Source of the DNA: a virus
Lineage: Duplodnaviria; Heunggongvirae; Uroviricota; Caudoviricetes
Direction: 5' to 3' (one strand)
Virus record (IMG/VR): IMGVR_UViG_3300031998_000037
DNA length: 64,000 bases
Positions within the stretch are counted from its first letter, which is position 1. Every line of letters starts with the position of its first letter. The notes below the pieces were generated by a model, which saw only the letters and a list, made by a program, of their open reading frames with translations, ran no database searches and was not told where the DNA came from. The translations under genes were made by a program, and so were the position numbers. This document shows, one piece after another, positions 1-8,517 of this stretch.

Positions 1-119
1 TAGGTAAGAAGGGCAATGAACTAAAAACCTATAAGATACATGATTGCAAGGCTATACTCCGCGAATGTTTTGATGCGATACGTCAGCTCGGTCTTACTGA
101 TCTTGACGATAAGTTAAAA

Positions 120-413
120 ATGGAGGCACAAAAAGAATATCTTGGTTATGTTGATTTGACTACAGGCAAGGAAGAAGATAGGCGTAAGCTGCTTATTGAA
201 AACATTTATCCTTTACGAAAAGCTGGAGAAGAACCGTGGGGATATGCAGCATTCACTCGGTCAATAGGTTCAGGCAAATCCGCAAGGCTTACAGTACGGG
301 CAAGAGTTTATGACAGTGATCCTATAGAAAAAATGAATATTATATACGCAAAATCTGTAGAAAAAAACAGGTCAGGATATTGGTACTTACAGGACTATGA
401 TATTCTGTCCTGA
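120..413 (+). CDS. hypothetical protein
   Basis: ORF track; no recognisable motif. Confidence 0.3.
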   Translation: MEAQKEYLGYVDLTTGKEEDRRKLLIENIYPLRKAGEEPWGYAAFTRSIGSGKSARLTVRARVYDSDPIEKMNIIYAKSVEKNRSGYWYLQDYDILS

Positions 414-1704
414 GAAAGAGGTGAATATGAGTCTATTTGATATTGGTCAAGAGGTCTATATTAGAAAAGGTAAATTTGACCGTCCAGAAAAAGGCAGAAT
501 TATTGGCTGCACTATAGGCAGCGTACAACAGTATCAAGTTAAAACAGAACTTATATGTGATTTTTTAAGTCAAGATGATATCTATGCTATTCCTTCATTG
601 CAAGAAATTCGTGATAAGAAGATGACTTGCTTTGTTGAAGCCAGATGCCGTGACGATGTTATGAAAATGCAAAAGAGTTTACCTACATTTGATAACATAC
701 CTAATTATGCGGTAGATATATGGGATATGAATATTGGTTGTAAGAAATATGAAACAGCCATTTGTTTTATAATCCGTGAAGGCATAATTAATGGTTGGTG
801 TTATTGGGAGTTTTATGCAAAAGACCATGAGGAATATGGCAATGGCTATTTTCTGAGAGATGTTTTAAAGGCAAGCGGAGAATATGCAACTGGAGGAGTA
901 GTTTCCTATACAATAAAAGCAGAGGACTTTCCTGATGGACTACCTCACGATCTTAGCATTAAAGTTGGTCACTCTATATCATCAAAAGATATATGTGACT
1001 TTATAGCACGTACAAGTCAAGTATCAATACAAAATTTACAGGAGGATAACAAAATGAAATTTAAAGTTGGAGATAAGGTTATAGGTAATATAGAAGCAAA
1101 TTTATATTATGGCATTACAAGAGAAGGCTGGATTGGCGAAGTTACTAAAACTTATGATAACGGCAATATAAAGGTACGTGGAACAGATCGTTTTGATAAT
1201 ATCGCTGACTATGAGGTTAAAGAAGAATGCTTTGACCTTTATACAGGCAAAATACAAAAATCTCACAAGCTTCGCTTTGAAACAACCGAAGGTGAGCGTT
1301 ACGTATCTCATGGCAAGCATAAGGGTGAAACAATTCCTACAATAACAACTACAGCTTATGATGACACAATGGGTAATTCAGGTTCAGCAACTTGCGATAA
1401 GGCAGACTACAATAAACGTCAGGGTATTATTGAAGCTGTTGCAAACATGACTTATGGCAATTTTGACCGCGAGTACAATAAGTTCCTTAATCACCAGAAA
1501 GAAGTTGAAAATGCTCTTTGCAAGTGTTCAACTTGCGGCAAGACCTATAAGACTAAGGAAGAGGCAAGAGCTTGCGAACAGGCACACATTGACCGCAAGA
1601 AGGCAAAACGCGAAAACTATCTGATGCGTAAGGCTGCAAAGAAACGTGCTCGTGAAATGCAGATTGAACAGATGGCAAAGGATATGCTGAAAGGCGCAAA
1701 ATGA
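397..1704 (+). CDS. hypothetical protein with C-terminal CxxC...C..H zinc-ribbon-like motif and Lys/Arg-rich tail
   Basis: ORF; 'KCSTCGKTYKTKEEARACEQAH' followed by a basic tail; two internal SH3/KOW-like repeats by eye. Confidence 0.35.
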   Translation: MIFCPEKEVNMSLFDIGQEVYIRKGKFDRPEKGRIIGCTIGSVQQYQVKTELICDFLSQDDIYAIPSLQEIRDKKMTCFVEARCRDDVMKMQKSLPTFDNIPNYAVDIWDMNIGCKKYETAICFIIREGIINGWCYWEFYAKDHEEYGNGYFLRDVLKASGEYATGGVVSYTIKAEDFPDGLPHDLSIKVGHSISSKDICDFIARTSQVSIQNLQEDNKMKFKVGDKVIGNIEANLYYGITREGWIGEVTKTYDNGNIKVRGTDRFDNIADYEVKEECFDLYTGKIQKSHKLRFETTEGERYVSHGKHKGETIPTITTTAYDDTMGNSGSATCDKADYNKRQGIIEAVANMTYGNFDREYNKFLNHQKEVENALCKCSTCGKTYKTKEEARACEQAHIDRKKAKRENYLMRKAAKKRAREMQIEQMAKDMLKGAK

Positions 1705-1907
1705 GAAGTGCTGAAAGATTAGACAAGTTCTACGAAGAACTTAAAGAGATACACGCAAAATCTTTTCAGGACTGGCGTTTTGGGCAGCTCATGTTCAACT
1801 TTATTTGTGAGTACGGTGATCCGTTCTTTTTAGAAGAAGATGCCTTTATAGTTGAAATGAAAAAGTATGCAAATAAATACAGCCCGTACTATCATTGGGA
1901 GGTTTAG
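1701..1907 (+). CDS. hypothetical small protein
   Basis: ORF track. Confidence 0.3.
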   Translation: MRSAERLDKFYEELKEIHAKSFQDWRFGQLMFNFICEYGDPFFLEEDAFIVEMKKYANKYSPYYHWEV

Positions 1908-1946
1908 TATATCCTCACAAATAATATGTAGTGGGATTTTTAAAAA

Positions 1947-1959
1947 GGAACTCAGTTCC
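1947..1959. promoter_or_regulatory. GGAACTCAGTTCC 13-bp palindromic intergenic motif (copy 1), followed by CCAAAAAAAAA and the RBS of the SPFH gene
   Basis: exact palindrome seen; recurs at 16058, 16972, 20740, 20776, 20812 (AGAAC variant) and 54694. Confidence 0.6.
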
Positions 1960-1984
1960 AATTCCAAAAAAAAAGGAGAATACA

Positions 1985-2920
1985 ATGGGATTTTTTTACA
2001 ACACAGAAAAGGAAACAGTTCGTGCAGGTCGTATTGTCGGCACAGTAATAGCAGGTGTTGCAGCATTTCTATTACTTACAGGTTCAATCACAAGAGTTCC
2101 CGTAGGCTCAGTAGGCGTACAGACTAACATGGCTAAGGTTACAGGTAACACATATAGTTCTGGTTGGTATTTCAAGATACCGTTTGCCGAGCACATGATA
2201 GATATGTCGATTCAGCAGCAGTCAATTGAATATCCTTCTATTCAGGGCGAACTCTCAGGCAAAGAGCTTATTAACATGACGCTTAAACTTACATATTCCC
2301 TTAATGGTGATAAGGCAGCAAGTGTTTATGAAAACTATGGTGAGAACTATATAACCACACTCATGCCGCAAGAAGAAGTGTTTGATGTTGTAAAGGGTAT
2401 TGTAGCAACATATGACATAGAAGATATCAGAACAAACCGTGCCGCTATAATGCAGCAAGCCGCTGACGGTTTACGCGAAAGATTTGGTTCAAGAGGTATC
2501 ACTATCACTTCACTGGCACTTGCAAATTATGATTTTGGTGATCTTGAAGCCTCTATTGATGCTGAGGTCAAGGCAAAGCAAGAACGCAAAACAGTTGCGG
2601 AACAGAATGAACTTGCAATTGAGGTAGCTGAAAACGCAAAGAAAGTCGCTGAAATTGAAGCTGAAAAAGCAGCGGAGGTCAAGCGTACACAAGCACAGGC
2701 TGATGCGGACGCGGCTAAAATCAAAGCCGAGGGTGAAGCTAATGCCATTAAGATAAGGGGAGAAGCTGAGGCTGAGGCAAATGAAAAGCTTGCAGCGTCT
2801 TTAACCCCTGAACTTATAAAGGCTAAAGAAATTGAACAATGGAACGGATCAAAGGCAACTGTAATTCTTGGTGAAAGCACACAACCTATAGTTCCTATTC
2901 CCGAAACAACACAAGAATAA
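1985..2920 (+). CDS. SPFH/band-7 (HflK/C, prohibitin-like) domain membrane protein
   Basis: N-terminal TM helix, SPFH-like core, then Ala/Glu/Lys-rich coiled coil; start moved to the ATG at 1985 after AGGAG, because the track start at 1931 would run through the palindromic motif. Confidence 0.6.
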   Translation: MGFFYNTEKETVRAGRIVGTVIAGVAAFLLLTGSITRVPVGSVGVQTNMAKVTGNTYSSGWYFKIPFAEHMIDMSIQQQSIEYPSIQGELSGKELINMTLKLTYSLNGDKAASVYENYGENYITTLMPQEEVFDVVKGIVATYDIEDIRTNRAAIMQQAADGLRERFGSRGITITSLALANYDFGDLEASIDAEVKAKQERKTVAEQNELAIEVAENAKKVAEIEAEKAAEVKRTQAQADADAAKIKAEGEANAIKIRGEAEAEANEKLAASLTPELIKAKEIEQWNGSKATVILGESTQPIVPIPETTQE

Positions 2921-2931
2921 AGGAGGACGTT

Positions 2932-3285
2932 ATGAGTAAGTTTATACGTACAGAAACTTATACATATCTGAATGAAGAATATTTTGAAAAGGGCGGCATC
3001 TATTATATCTACAACACTTTTGGCATGGAGTATATCGCTGTATGCACTGGCAAGAAGCCTGATGGTATACATCTTGTAAAAGTTTATAATTTGCCTATAG
3101 AGCAAAAGGACGAGACAGTTATTATACCAGACGATGAGATTATAATGAATGACAGCAATGTTTCATCATTTAAGACCTGTGAGAGAATTGAGCTTAAAGA
3201 AGATACCGACAAGTATGATCGCACAATTTCTTTCTTCTTTAAATTCTCTGCAAAGAAAGACGAGAAAAAGTCTGATGATGAATAA
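2932..3285 (+). CDS. hypothetical protein
   Basis: ORF with RBS AGGAGG. Confidence 0.35.
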   Translation: MSKFIRTETYTYLNEEYFEKGGIYYIYNTFGMEYIAVCTGKKPDGIHLVKVYNLPIEQKDETVIIPDDEIIMNDSNVSSFKTCERIELKEDTDKYDRTISFFFKFSAKKDEKKSDDE

Positions 3286-3884
3286 GAAAGATTGGACAGG
3301 CAATAAGACTTCTGTATTCTCTACATTAGCTGCAAGTAGTCATTCAAAAGATGATAGAGCAAATGACGACTATTATTGTACCCCCCCCCTATGCGGTTGA
3401 GGAACTTCTAAAACGTGAGACATTCAGCACTTATGTTTTAGAGCCTTCCGTTGGCGGAGGGCATATTGCAGAAGTCCTTGAAAGAAACGGTCATAAGATA
3501 CAAGCCTTTGATATTGTAGATCGTGGATATAACAAAACAGAAGTAAGGGACTTCTTAAATGTATCAAAAGAAGATGTCAAGTTTTCCCCTGATATCATCA
3601 CAAATCCTCCATATGCTTTGGCAAAAGAATTTGTTGAACACGCACTTGATATTTCTATGGACAGCACAAAGGTTGCAATGTTTCTTAAAATACAGTTCCT
3701 TGAAAGCAAGAAGCGGTATGAATTATTTAAGAAATATCCACCACGAAAAATATACGTGTTTGTTAACCGCGTTAATTGTGGTAAGAATGGTGTTTTTGGC
3801 AAAGAGTCAAGTGCTGTATGCTATGCATGGTTTGTATGGGTAAAGGGTTATAAAGGCTGTCCACAGGTAGATTGGATAGCATAA
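3275..3884 (+). CDS. phage Dam-family N6-adenine DNA methyltransferase, interrupted by a frameshift at a C9 tract (3381-3389); C8 would give the intact protein
   Basis: N-part 'DDYYCTPP' is in frame 2 and the C-part '...DIITNPPYALAKEF...' in frame 0, joined only across the poly-C; close paralog of the intact ORF 14571-15167. Confidence 0.7.
3381..3389. repeat. poly-C homopolymer (9 nt) inside a methyltransferase gene; candidate slipped-strand phase-variation tract
   Basis: seen in sequence; GC homopolymers this long are otherwise very rare in this AT-rich window. Confidence 0.8.
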
Positions 3885-3895
3885 GGAGATATAAG

Positions 3896-4318
3896 ATGAA
3901 AGTTTATAGAGTTGAAAACCCAAGTGAAGAACATGGACTTTGGCGCAACTTTGACGGTTCTCCATGTGATGTTTTTGAAAAACTTAAAGTTGGCAAATGT
4001 CGTGAAATGCCGATGCCCGATAATGATTTTTATAGGCGAGAGGGAAAGCGTTGGTTTTCCGCAACTGATGCTCCTGAAAAATTAAAGGCATGGTTTGATG
4101 TCTTTGACGTTATACAACTTTGTGAATTAGGGTATAAGGTTTATGAATTTGAGGTTGAATATGCTAAACCTGTAAATGAGTTTGAAGTTGTTTTCACGCG
4201 AGATTTAATTACTTCGTCAACTGCCATTGAACCATCTACTATTTGGAATGATTATGATACGGCAAAAAAATTTTTGACTTGTTGTTGCTGTGACTGTGAG
4301 GATTGTTATGCAAATTAA
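3896..4318 (+). CDS. hypothetical protein (C-terminal Cys cluster CCCCDCEDC)
   Basis: ORF; start placed at the ATG after AGGAG. Confidence 0.35.
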   Translation: MKVYRVENPSEEHGLWRNFDGSPCDVFEKLKVGKCREMPMPDNDFYRREGKRWFSATDAPEKLKAWFDVFDVIQLCELGYKVYEFEVEYAKPVNEFEVVFTRDLITSSTAIEPSTIWNDYDTAKKFLTCCCCDCEDCYAN

Positions 4319-5453
4319 TTGTGATAATGCTGCACAAAAGCCTTTAACCGAATCAGTAAAGCGAACCATAGTTAACTTTATTGATAATGAATTTGGCAAT
4401 CCTTCATCTATATATTCTAAAGGGCGCAACGCTAAACGTGCTCTTGAAGAAGCAAGAAGTCAGATTGCAGAATCAATAGGGGCTGACACAGACGAAATTT
4501 ATTTTACAAGTGGTAGCACCGAGGCAATCAACTGGCTTTATCATTCAACCAACAAACATATTCTGATTTCACCTATAGAGCACAAAGCTATTCTAAAAGG
4601 GAATGAAAATTATGATGGTATCTCTTACGGTTTGGACGTTAAACAAAATGGCGTTATAGATATTGAAAAACTTAAATATCTTTGTAATTGGGTACATGAC
4701 GATGGGGTTGCTATCATAGGTTGGGTAAATAATGAGATCGGTACAATTCAGCCTATAAAAGAAATAGCTAATATTTGCCACGCAAAAGGCGTTGAACTAT
4801 TCGTTGATGCTTCACAAGCTATCGGGCATATACCAATTAATGTGCATGAAATCGGGATGGATTATATGTGCGGTTCATTTCAGAAAATAGGCGGTTTGGC
4901 TGGTAGCGGTTTCCTTTATATAAAAAAAGGCAAAGGGTTCAATCCTATGTTATCTGGCGGATCACAAGAACGCGGCATGAGAGCTGGGACTGAAAACCTT
5001 TTAGGGGTAATGTGTGGTGCAACCGCGATATCCGAAGCAACTAAAAATCTAAGTGATAAAGTCTCCAGACAAAAAGAAATTCAAAGCAAAATTATCTCTG
5101 AACTTCTGAAACTCCCCAAAACACATTTGAATGGCGACTTATGTAATAGAGTTGCAAGCAATGTGAATATATGCTTTGAGGGTATTGAGGCTGAAAGTCT
5201 TGTGCTTCTGCTTGATTTAGATAATATTTGTGTTAGCAGTGGCTCTGCCTGTAACTCAGGTGATGTTAAGCCCAGCCATGTTTTGAAGGCGATAGGTCTT
5301 AGTGATGATAATGCTAAAGCAAGTATACGTATCACCTTTGATGACATGACGGATGATGAAATTGATTATCTTGTAGAGCGAATAAAGGCAAGAGTTAGTC
5401 AGTTAAGAGATATGTCCCCTAAATGGAAGGAGATATTCAATGCAAGTAATTGA
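4308..5453 (+). CDS. cysteine desulfurase (IscS/NifS family, class V aminotransferase)
   Basis: aligns along its whole length with IscS as recalled from memory: 'FTSGSTEAINW', 'NNEIGTIQPI', PLP lysine in 'SFQKIGG', 'SGGSQERGMRAGTEN', catalytic Cys in 'SSGSACNSGDVKPSHVLKAIGL', 'SIRITFDD..EIDYLVERI'. Confidence 0.8.
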   Translation: MQINCDNAAQKPLTESVKRTIVNFIDNEFGNPSSIYSKGRNAKRALEEARSQIAESIGADTDEIYFTSGSTEAINWLYHSTNKHILISPIEHKAILKGNENYDGISYGLDVKQNGVIDIEKLKYLCNWVHDDGVAIIGWVNNEIGTIQPIKEIANICHAKGVELFVDASQAIGHIPINVHEIGMDYMCGSFQKIGGLAGSGFLYIKKGKGFNPMLSGGSQERGMRAGTENLLGVMCGATAISEATKNLSDKVSRQKEIQSKIISELLKLPKTHLNGDLCNRVASNVNICFEGIEAESLVLLLDLDNICVSSGSACNSGDVKPSHVLKAIGLSDDNAKASIRITFDDMTDDEIDYLVERIKARVSQLRDMSPKWKEIFNASN

Positions 5454-5871
5454 AAATAAATATAACTCTGAGTCGCAAAAGGTAAAGTGTGAAGGATGCT
5501 CCAGCACATTTATAATTGATGAGTCAGATTTGAATATAGGCACATACGGCTGCAAGTTCTGGTCTTGTCCATATTGCGGTCAACAAAACTTGATTGACGA
5601 CAGTATTGAACTTACAGAAAGCAACTTTCAATTCCCTCAACACTTTGCAAGTTATAAAAATGGCAAACAGATAAGTAAAGATACTTTGCAAAAATGGGCG
5701 CAAGAAGCTTTATCCTTGCTTGACAAAGATCACAGTTTTGCTCTTCATGCCAGTGGTAATAGTCTTGTGTTTGCCTTTAAATCAGATTATGACGCACATG
5801 AGGCATCTGTGATAGTTTGTGATAACGGCTATTACGAAACCTATGTTAGTTTGCCAGAGGATAGGTTTTAA
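5440..5871 (+). CDS. hypothetical zinc-ribbon protein
   Basis: CEGC...CPYCG motif. Confidence 0.35.
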   Translation: MQVIENKYNSESQKVKCEGCSSTFIIDESDLNIGTYGCKFWSCPYCGQQNLIDDSIELTESNFQFPQHFASYKNGKQISKDTLQKWAQEALSLLDKDHSFALHASGNSLVFAFKSDYDAHEASVIVCDNGYYETYVSLPEDRF

Positions 5872-5971
5872 TACACAAATTCCAGTTTATAATATGGCAA
5901 ACGCCATGTTATATAGGCGTGTGATATTCACACAAAACACAATTTCCATAGAAAGGGTATGGTGATACACA

Positions 5972-6634
5972 ATGAAGAACTATTCTTCTAAAATCCGAAG
6001 TCTCCTCGCAAGAGGGACGAAAGCATTAGCATTAACATCTGTCTTACTCGCTACTGTAAGCTGCTCTCACGGTAAGACGGACACAGACACTTCCAGCAGC
6101 AGAAATGAGGTGACAACGACTTGTACAACTTCTACAACGACATCTACCTCTACAACATCAACAACGTCCTCTACGACAACAAGCACCGAGACAACGACGG
6201 CTGCGACGACGATGCCGACAACAACAATGATGACTGTGCAGGAGAATATTCAAGTGACTGAGTCTGTATATGTTGCTCCTGTTCAAGAGTATATTGAACC
6301 TGTGAACAGCAATCTTCCTATTACTGAGCGTGAAAGGGTTTTACTTTGTAATATTGTTGCAAATGAATATGGCTCAGACTGGGTAAGCGTCTATGACAAA
6401 GCTTGTGTTGTGGCAACTGTTATGAACCGTGTAAATAGCTCGCAATTCCCAAATGATATAGAAAGTGTCCTGACACAACCTCGTCAATTTACTGGCTATT
6501 GGGCAAGCGATAGTTATTATAGCACTGTTACAGACAGTTGCATAGAGGCAGTTGATTATTACTTTGCTCATCAAAATGAATTTGGTAATTACTTATATTT
6601 TGAAGGCGATGGGCGAGTGAATTATTTTCATTAA
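5972..6634 (+). CDS. secreted/lipoprotein cell-wall hydrolase (SleB/Hydrolase_2-like) with a Thr/Ser-rich linker
   Basis: signal peptide with a lipobox-like 'LATVSC', ~60-aa T/S low-complexity stretch, and C-terminal 'VVATVMNRVNSSQFPNDIESVLTQPRQFTGYW' that resembles the SleB family. Confidence 0.5.
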   Translation: MKNYSSKIRSLLARGTKALALTSVLLATVSCSHGKTDTDTSSSRNEVTTTCTTSTTTSTSTTSTTSSTTTSTETTTAATTMPTTTMMTVQENIQVTESVYVAPVQEYIEPVNSNLPITERERVLLCNIVANEYGSDWVSVYDKACVVATVMNRVNSSQFPNDIESVLTQPRQFTGYWASDSYYSTVTDSCIEAVDYYFAHQNEFGNYLYFEGDGRVNYFH

Positions 6635-6680
6635 ACAAAAATCCCCGACTTATGTCGGGGAGAAAGGAACACAAAGATGC

Positions 6681-6899
6681 ATGACAGCTAAACGAATGTA
6701 TTTATGGTCTGTGCATTACAGGGACGAAGTTGAACGCAGCATTGAATACTATAACTACATAAATTTGAAACAACCTGTATGGACAAGACCTTTAACAGAG
6801 ATAGAAAAGAAAGAGATTTTCGGTGGCAATCCGAATTACATAAAGAACATAGGCAGAAATGACGGACACGAATGGAGGCTATTGAATGATAATAATTGA
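6681..6899 (+). CDS. hypothetical small protein
   Basis: ORF. Confidence 0.3.
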   Translation: MTAKRMYLWSVHYRDEVERSIEYYNYINLKQPVWTRPLTEIEKKEIFGGNPNYIKNIGRNDGHEWRLLNDNN

Positions 6900-7560
6900 C
6901 AAAGCAGACGTATGCGGCTGGCAATCCGCTATTCGTGGCATGAGAAATCCTATGAATAGTTGGGATAAGTCTGACAGCCTTTATATGACGGTAAATGATA
7001 TTGTAGGGCATCCATGTGATGATGGCATGAAAGAAGAATTTGTTGTTGGCAATGATGACTTAAATTTAATGAAACGTCTTGTTAAAGCTGGCTCAGATCA
7101 CAGCAAGTTTATGCGAATGATAAATGTAACTTGCGATATTACAGCTCCTTTGTATTGGTGGAAGGAATTTGATACTTATAAGGTAGGCACTGTCAGAAAT
7201 AGCTGCTCGACCATGCATAAGATACACGCAAAACAATTTGAAATTGATGATTTTTCTTGTGATAAGCTTGACTCAAAATCATTAAAAGTTCTTCATTATA
7301 TTATTAACTATCTTAATGGCATGAGAGAATGGCACAACAATACTGAACCAAGTTTAAAAAAAGATGCATGGTGGCAAATGATACAACTCCTTCCGAGTTC
7401 CTATAATCAAAAGGCTACAGTTCAGATAAATTATGCTGTGCTTAGAAATATGTATCATAGTCGTCGTACACATAAGCTTGACGAATGGCATACATTTTGC
7501 AAATGGGTTGAAGATTTACCATACAGTGAATTAATTACAATGGAGGATAAGAATGGCTAA
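6886..7560 (+). CDS. divergent ThyX-fold (flavin-dependent thymidylate synthase-like) protein lacking the canonical RHR motif
   Basis: by-eye alignment to ThyX: 'LMKRLVKAGSDHSKFMRMINVTCDITAPLYWWKEF' versus 'L..L.KHGHETPFEH..FTF.V.APIFVARQWFRHR', and C-terminal 'LRNMYHSRRTHKLDEWHTF' versus 'NLRADSHAQWEI'; the RHR position reads DTY/TYK. Confidence 0.4.
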   Translation: MIIIDKADVCGWQSAIRGMRNPMNSWDKSDSLYMTVNDIVGHPCDDGMKEEFVVGNDDLNLMKRLVKAGSDHSKFMRMINVTCDITAPLYWWKEFDTYKVGTVRNSCSTMHKIHAKQFEIDDFSCDKLDSKSLKVLHYIINYLNGMREWHNNTEPSLKKDAWWQMIQLLPSSYNQKATVQINYAVLRNMYHSRRTHKLDEWHTFCKWVEDLPYSELITMEDKNG

Positions 7561-8104
7561 ACCACTAATAGCAATACTTGGTGTTTCAGGCAGCGGCAAG
7601 ACCTCTCTCGTAAATAAGATTAGTAAGAAATATGGGCGCACTGTTTTGAAGTCTTATACAACACGTAAGCCGCGAGAGGGTGACGATACCGATTTAACAT
7701 CGCATGAGTTTATTACAATGCAAGAAGCTGCATTTATTGCAGAAAACGATAAGATTATAGCAAGCAATTGGTTTGATGGTAACTTTTATTTTGCCACTAA
7801 GAGTCAGCTTGATAAGGCAGACCTGTATGTGGTAGATGTTGCAGGATTAAAAGCTCTGTATCGTAACTATTTTGAGCGTCCAATTTTAAGTGTACTTCTT
7901 AGCGTTGACAGTTCTATTGTTGCTGAAAGAATGGCAAAGCGCGGCGATACAAACGAAGCCATTTTTAAACGCTTGCAGCACGACAGCGAAGCCTTTAAAG
8001 ACGCAACAGATTATGTTGATTTTGTATGCACTAACTTTAATCAAGATCAGTGCAATGACAATGTGGAGTTTATAGAGTTTTTATTTCGCAATTATAAGGG
8101 GTAA
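7553..8104 (+). CDS. P-loop nucleoside/deoxynucleoside monophosphate kinase-like protein
   Basis: Walker A 'GVSGSGKTS'; size 183 aa; sits among nucleotide-metabolism genes. Confidence 0.5.
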   Translation: MAKPLIAILGVSGSGKTSLVNKISKKYGRTVLKSYTTRKPREGDDTDLTSHEFITMQEAAFIAENDKIIASNWFDGNFYFATKSQLDKADLYVVDVAGLKALYRNYFERPILSVLLSVDSSIVAERMAKRGDTNEAIFKRLQHDSEAFKDATDYVDFVCTNFNQDQCNDNVEFIEFLFRNYKG

Positions 8105-8107
8105 GAG

Positions 8108-8311
8108 ATGGTAATAGGTTATTTTGACGGCTCATATGAGAGTTTTAATTTGGTACATCAATTAGATGATAGAGAGATACCCTATGAAGCCAAGAACCAG
8201 CAAGACGCACATGAGTTTGGCTTTTATGATTTGCCAATGCTGGTTGTCGGCAATAAGGTTTTGAATTATAAGAGAGCCTTGAAATGGTTAAAGAAACAAA
8301 AGGGGGATTGA
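8108..8311 (+). CDS. hypothetical small protein
   Basis: ORF. Confidence 0.3.
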   Translation: MVIGYFDGSYESFNLVHQLDDREIPYEAKNQQDAHEFGFYDLPMLVVGNKVLNYKRALKWLKKQKGD

Positions 8312-8312
8312 C

Positions 8313-8513
8313 ATGGTTACATTATATACAATAGACTGCCCTAAATGTAAAATTCTTGAAAAAAAACTTAACAATGCAAATATAAACTATCTTATAGTTA
8401 AGGACAGGGATGAAATAAAAGCAAAGGGTATGGACTTAATGCCAGTCTTAGAGGTCGATGATATTAGAATGAATTTTAAGCAAGCTTGCGATTGGGTTAA
8501 CGAGAGGAGCTAA
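8313..8513 (+). CDS. glutaredoxin-like protein (NrdH-like redoxin)
   Basis: 66 aa; CPKC active-site motif near the N-terminus; immediately upstream of nrdD. Confidence 0.55.
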   Translation: MVTLYTIDCPKCKILEKKLNNANINYLIVKDRDEIKAKGMDLMPVLEVDDIRMNFKQACDWVNERS

Positions 8514-8517
8514 GACT

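Noticed and set aside
1968-1976. A9 homopolymer
   Set aside because: Intergenic, lying between the palindromic motif and the RBS of the SPFH gene. It is not in a reading frame, unlike the G/C tracts, so it is not evidence of phase variation.
2527-3105. 192-aa antisense ORF (Ala/Ser-rich) overlapping the SPFH gene
   Set aside because: Low-complexity reverse-complement reading of the Ala/Glu/Lys-rich coiled-coil region; no RBS; it lies fully inside a better-supported gene.
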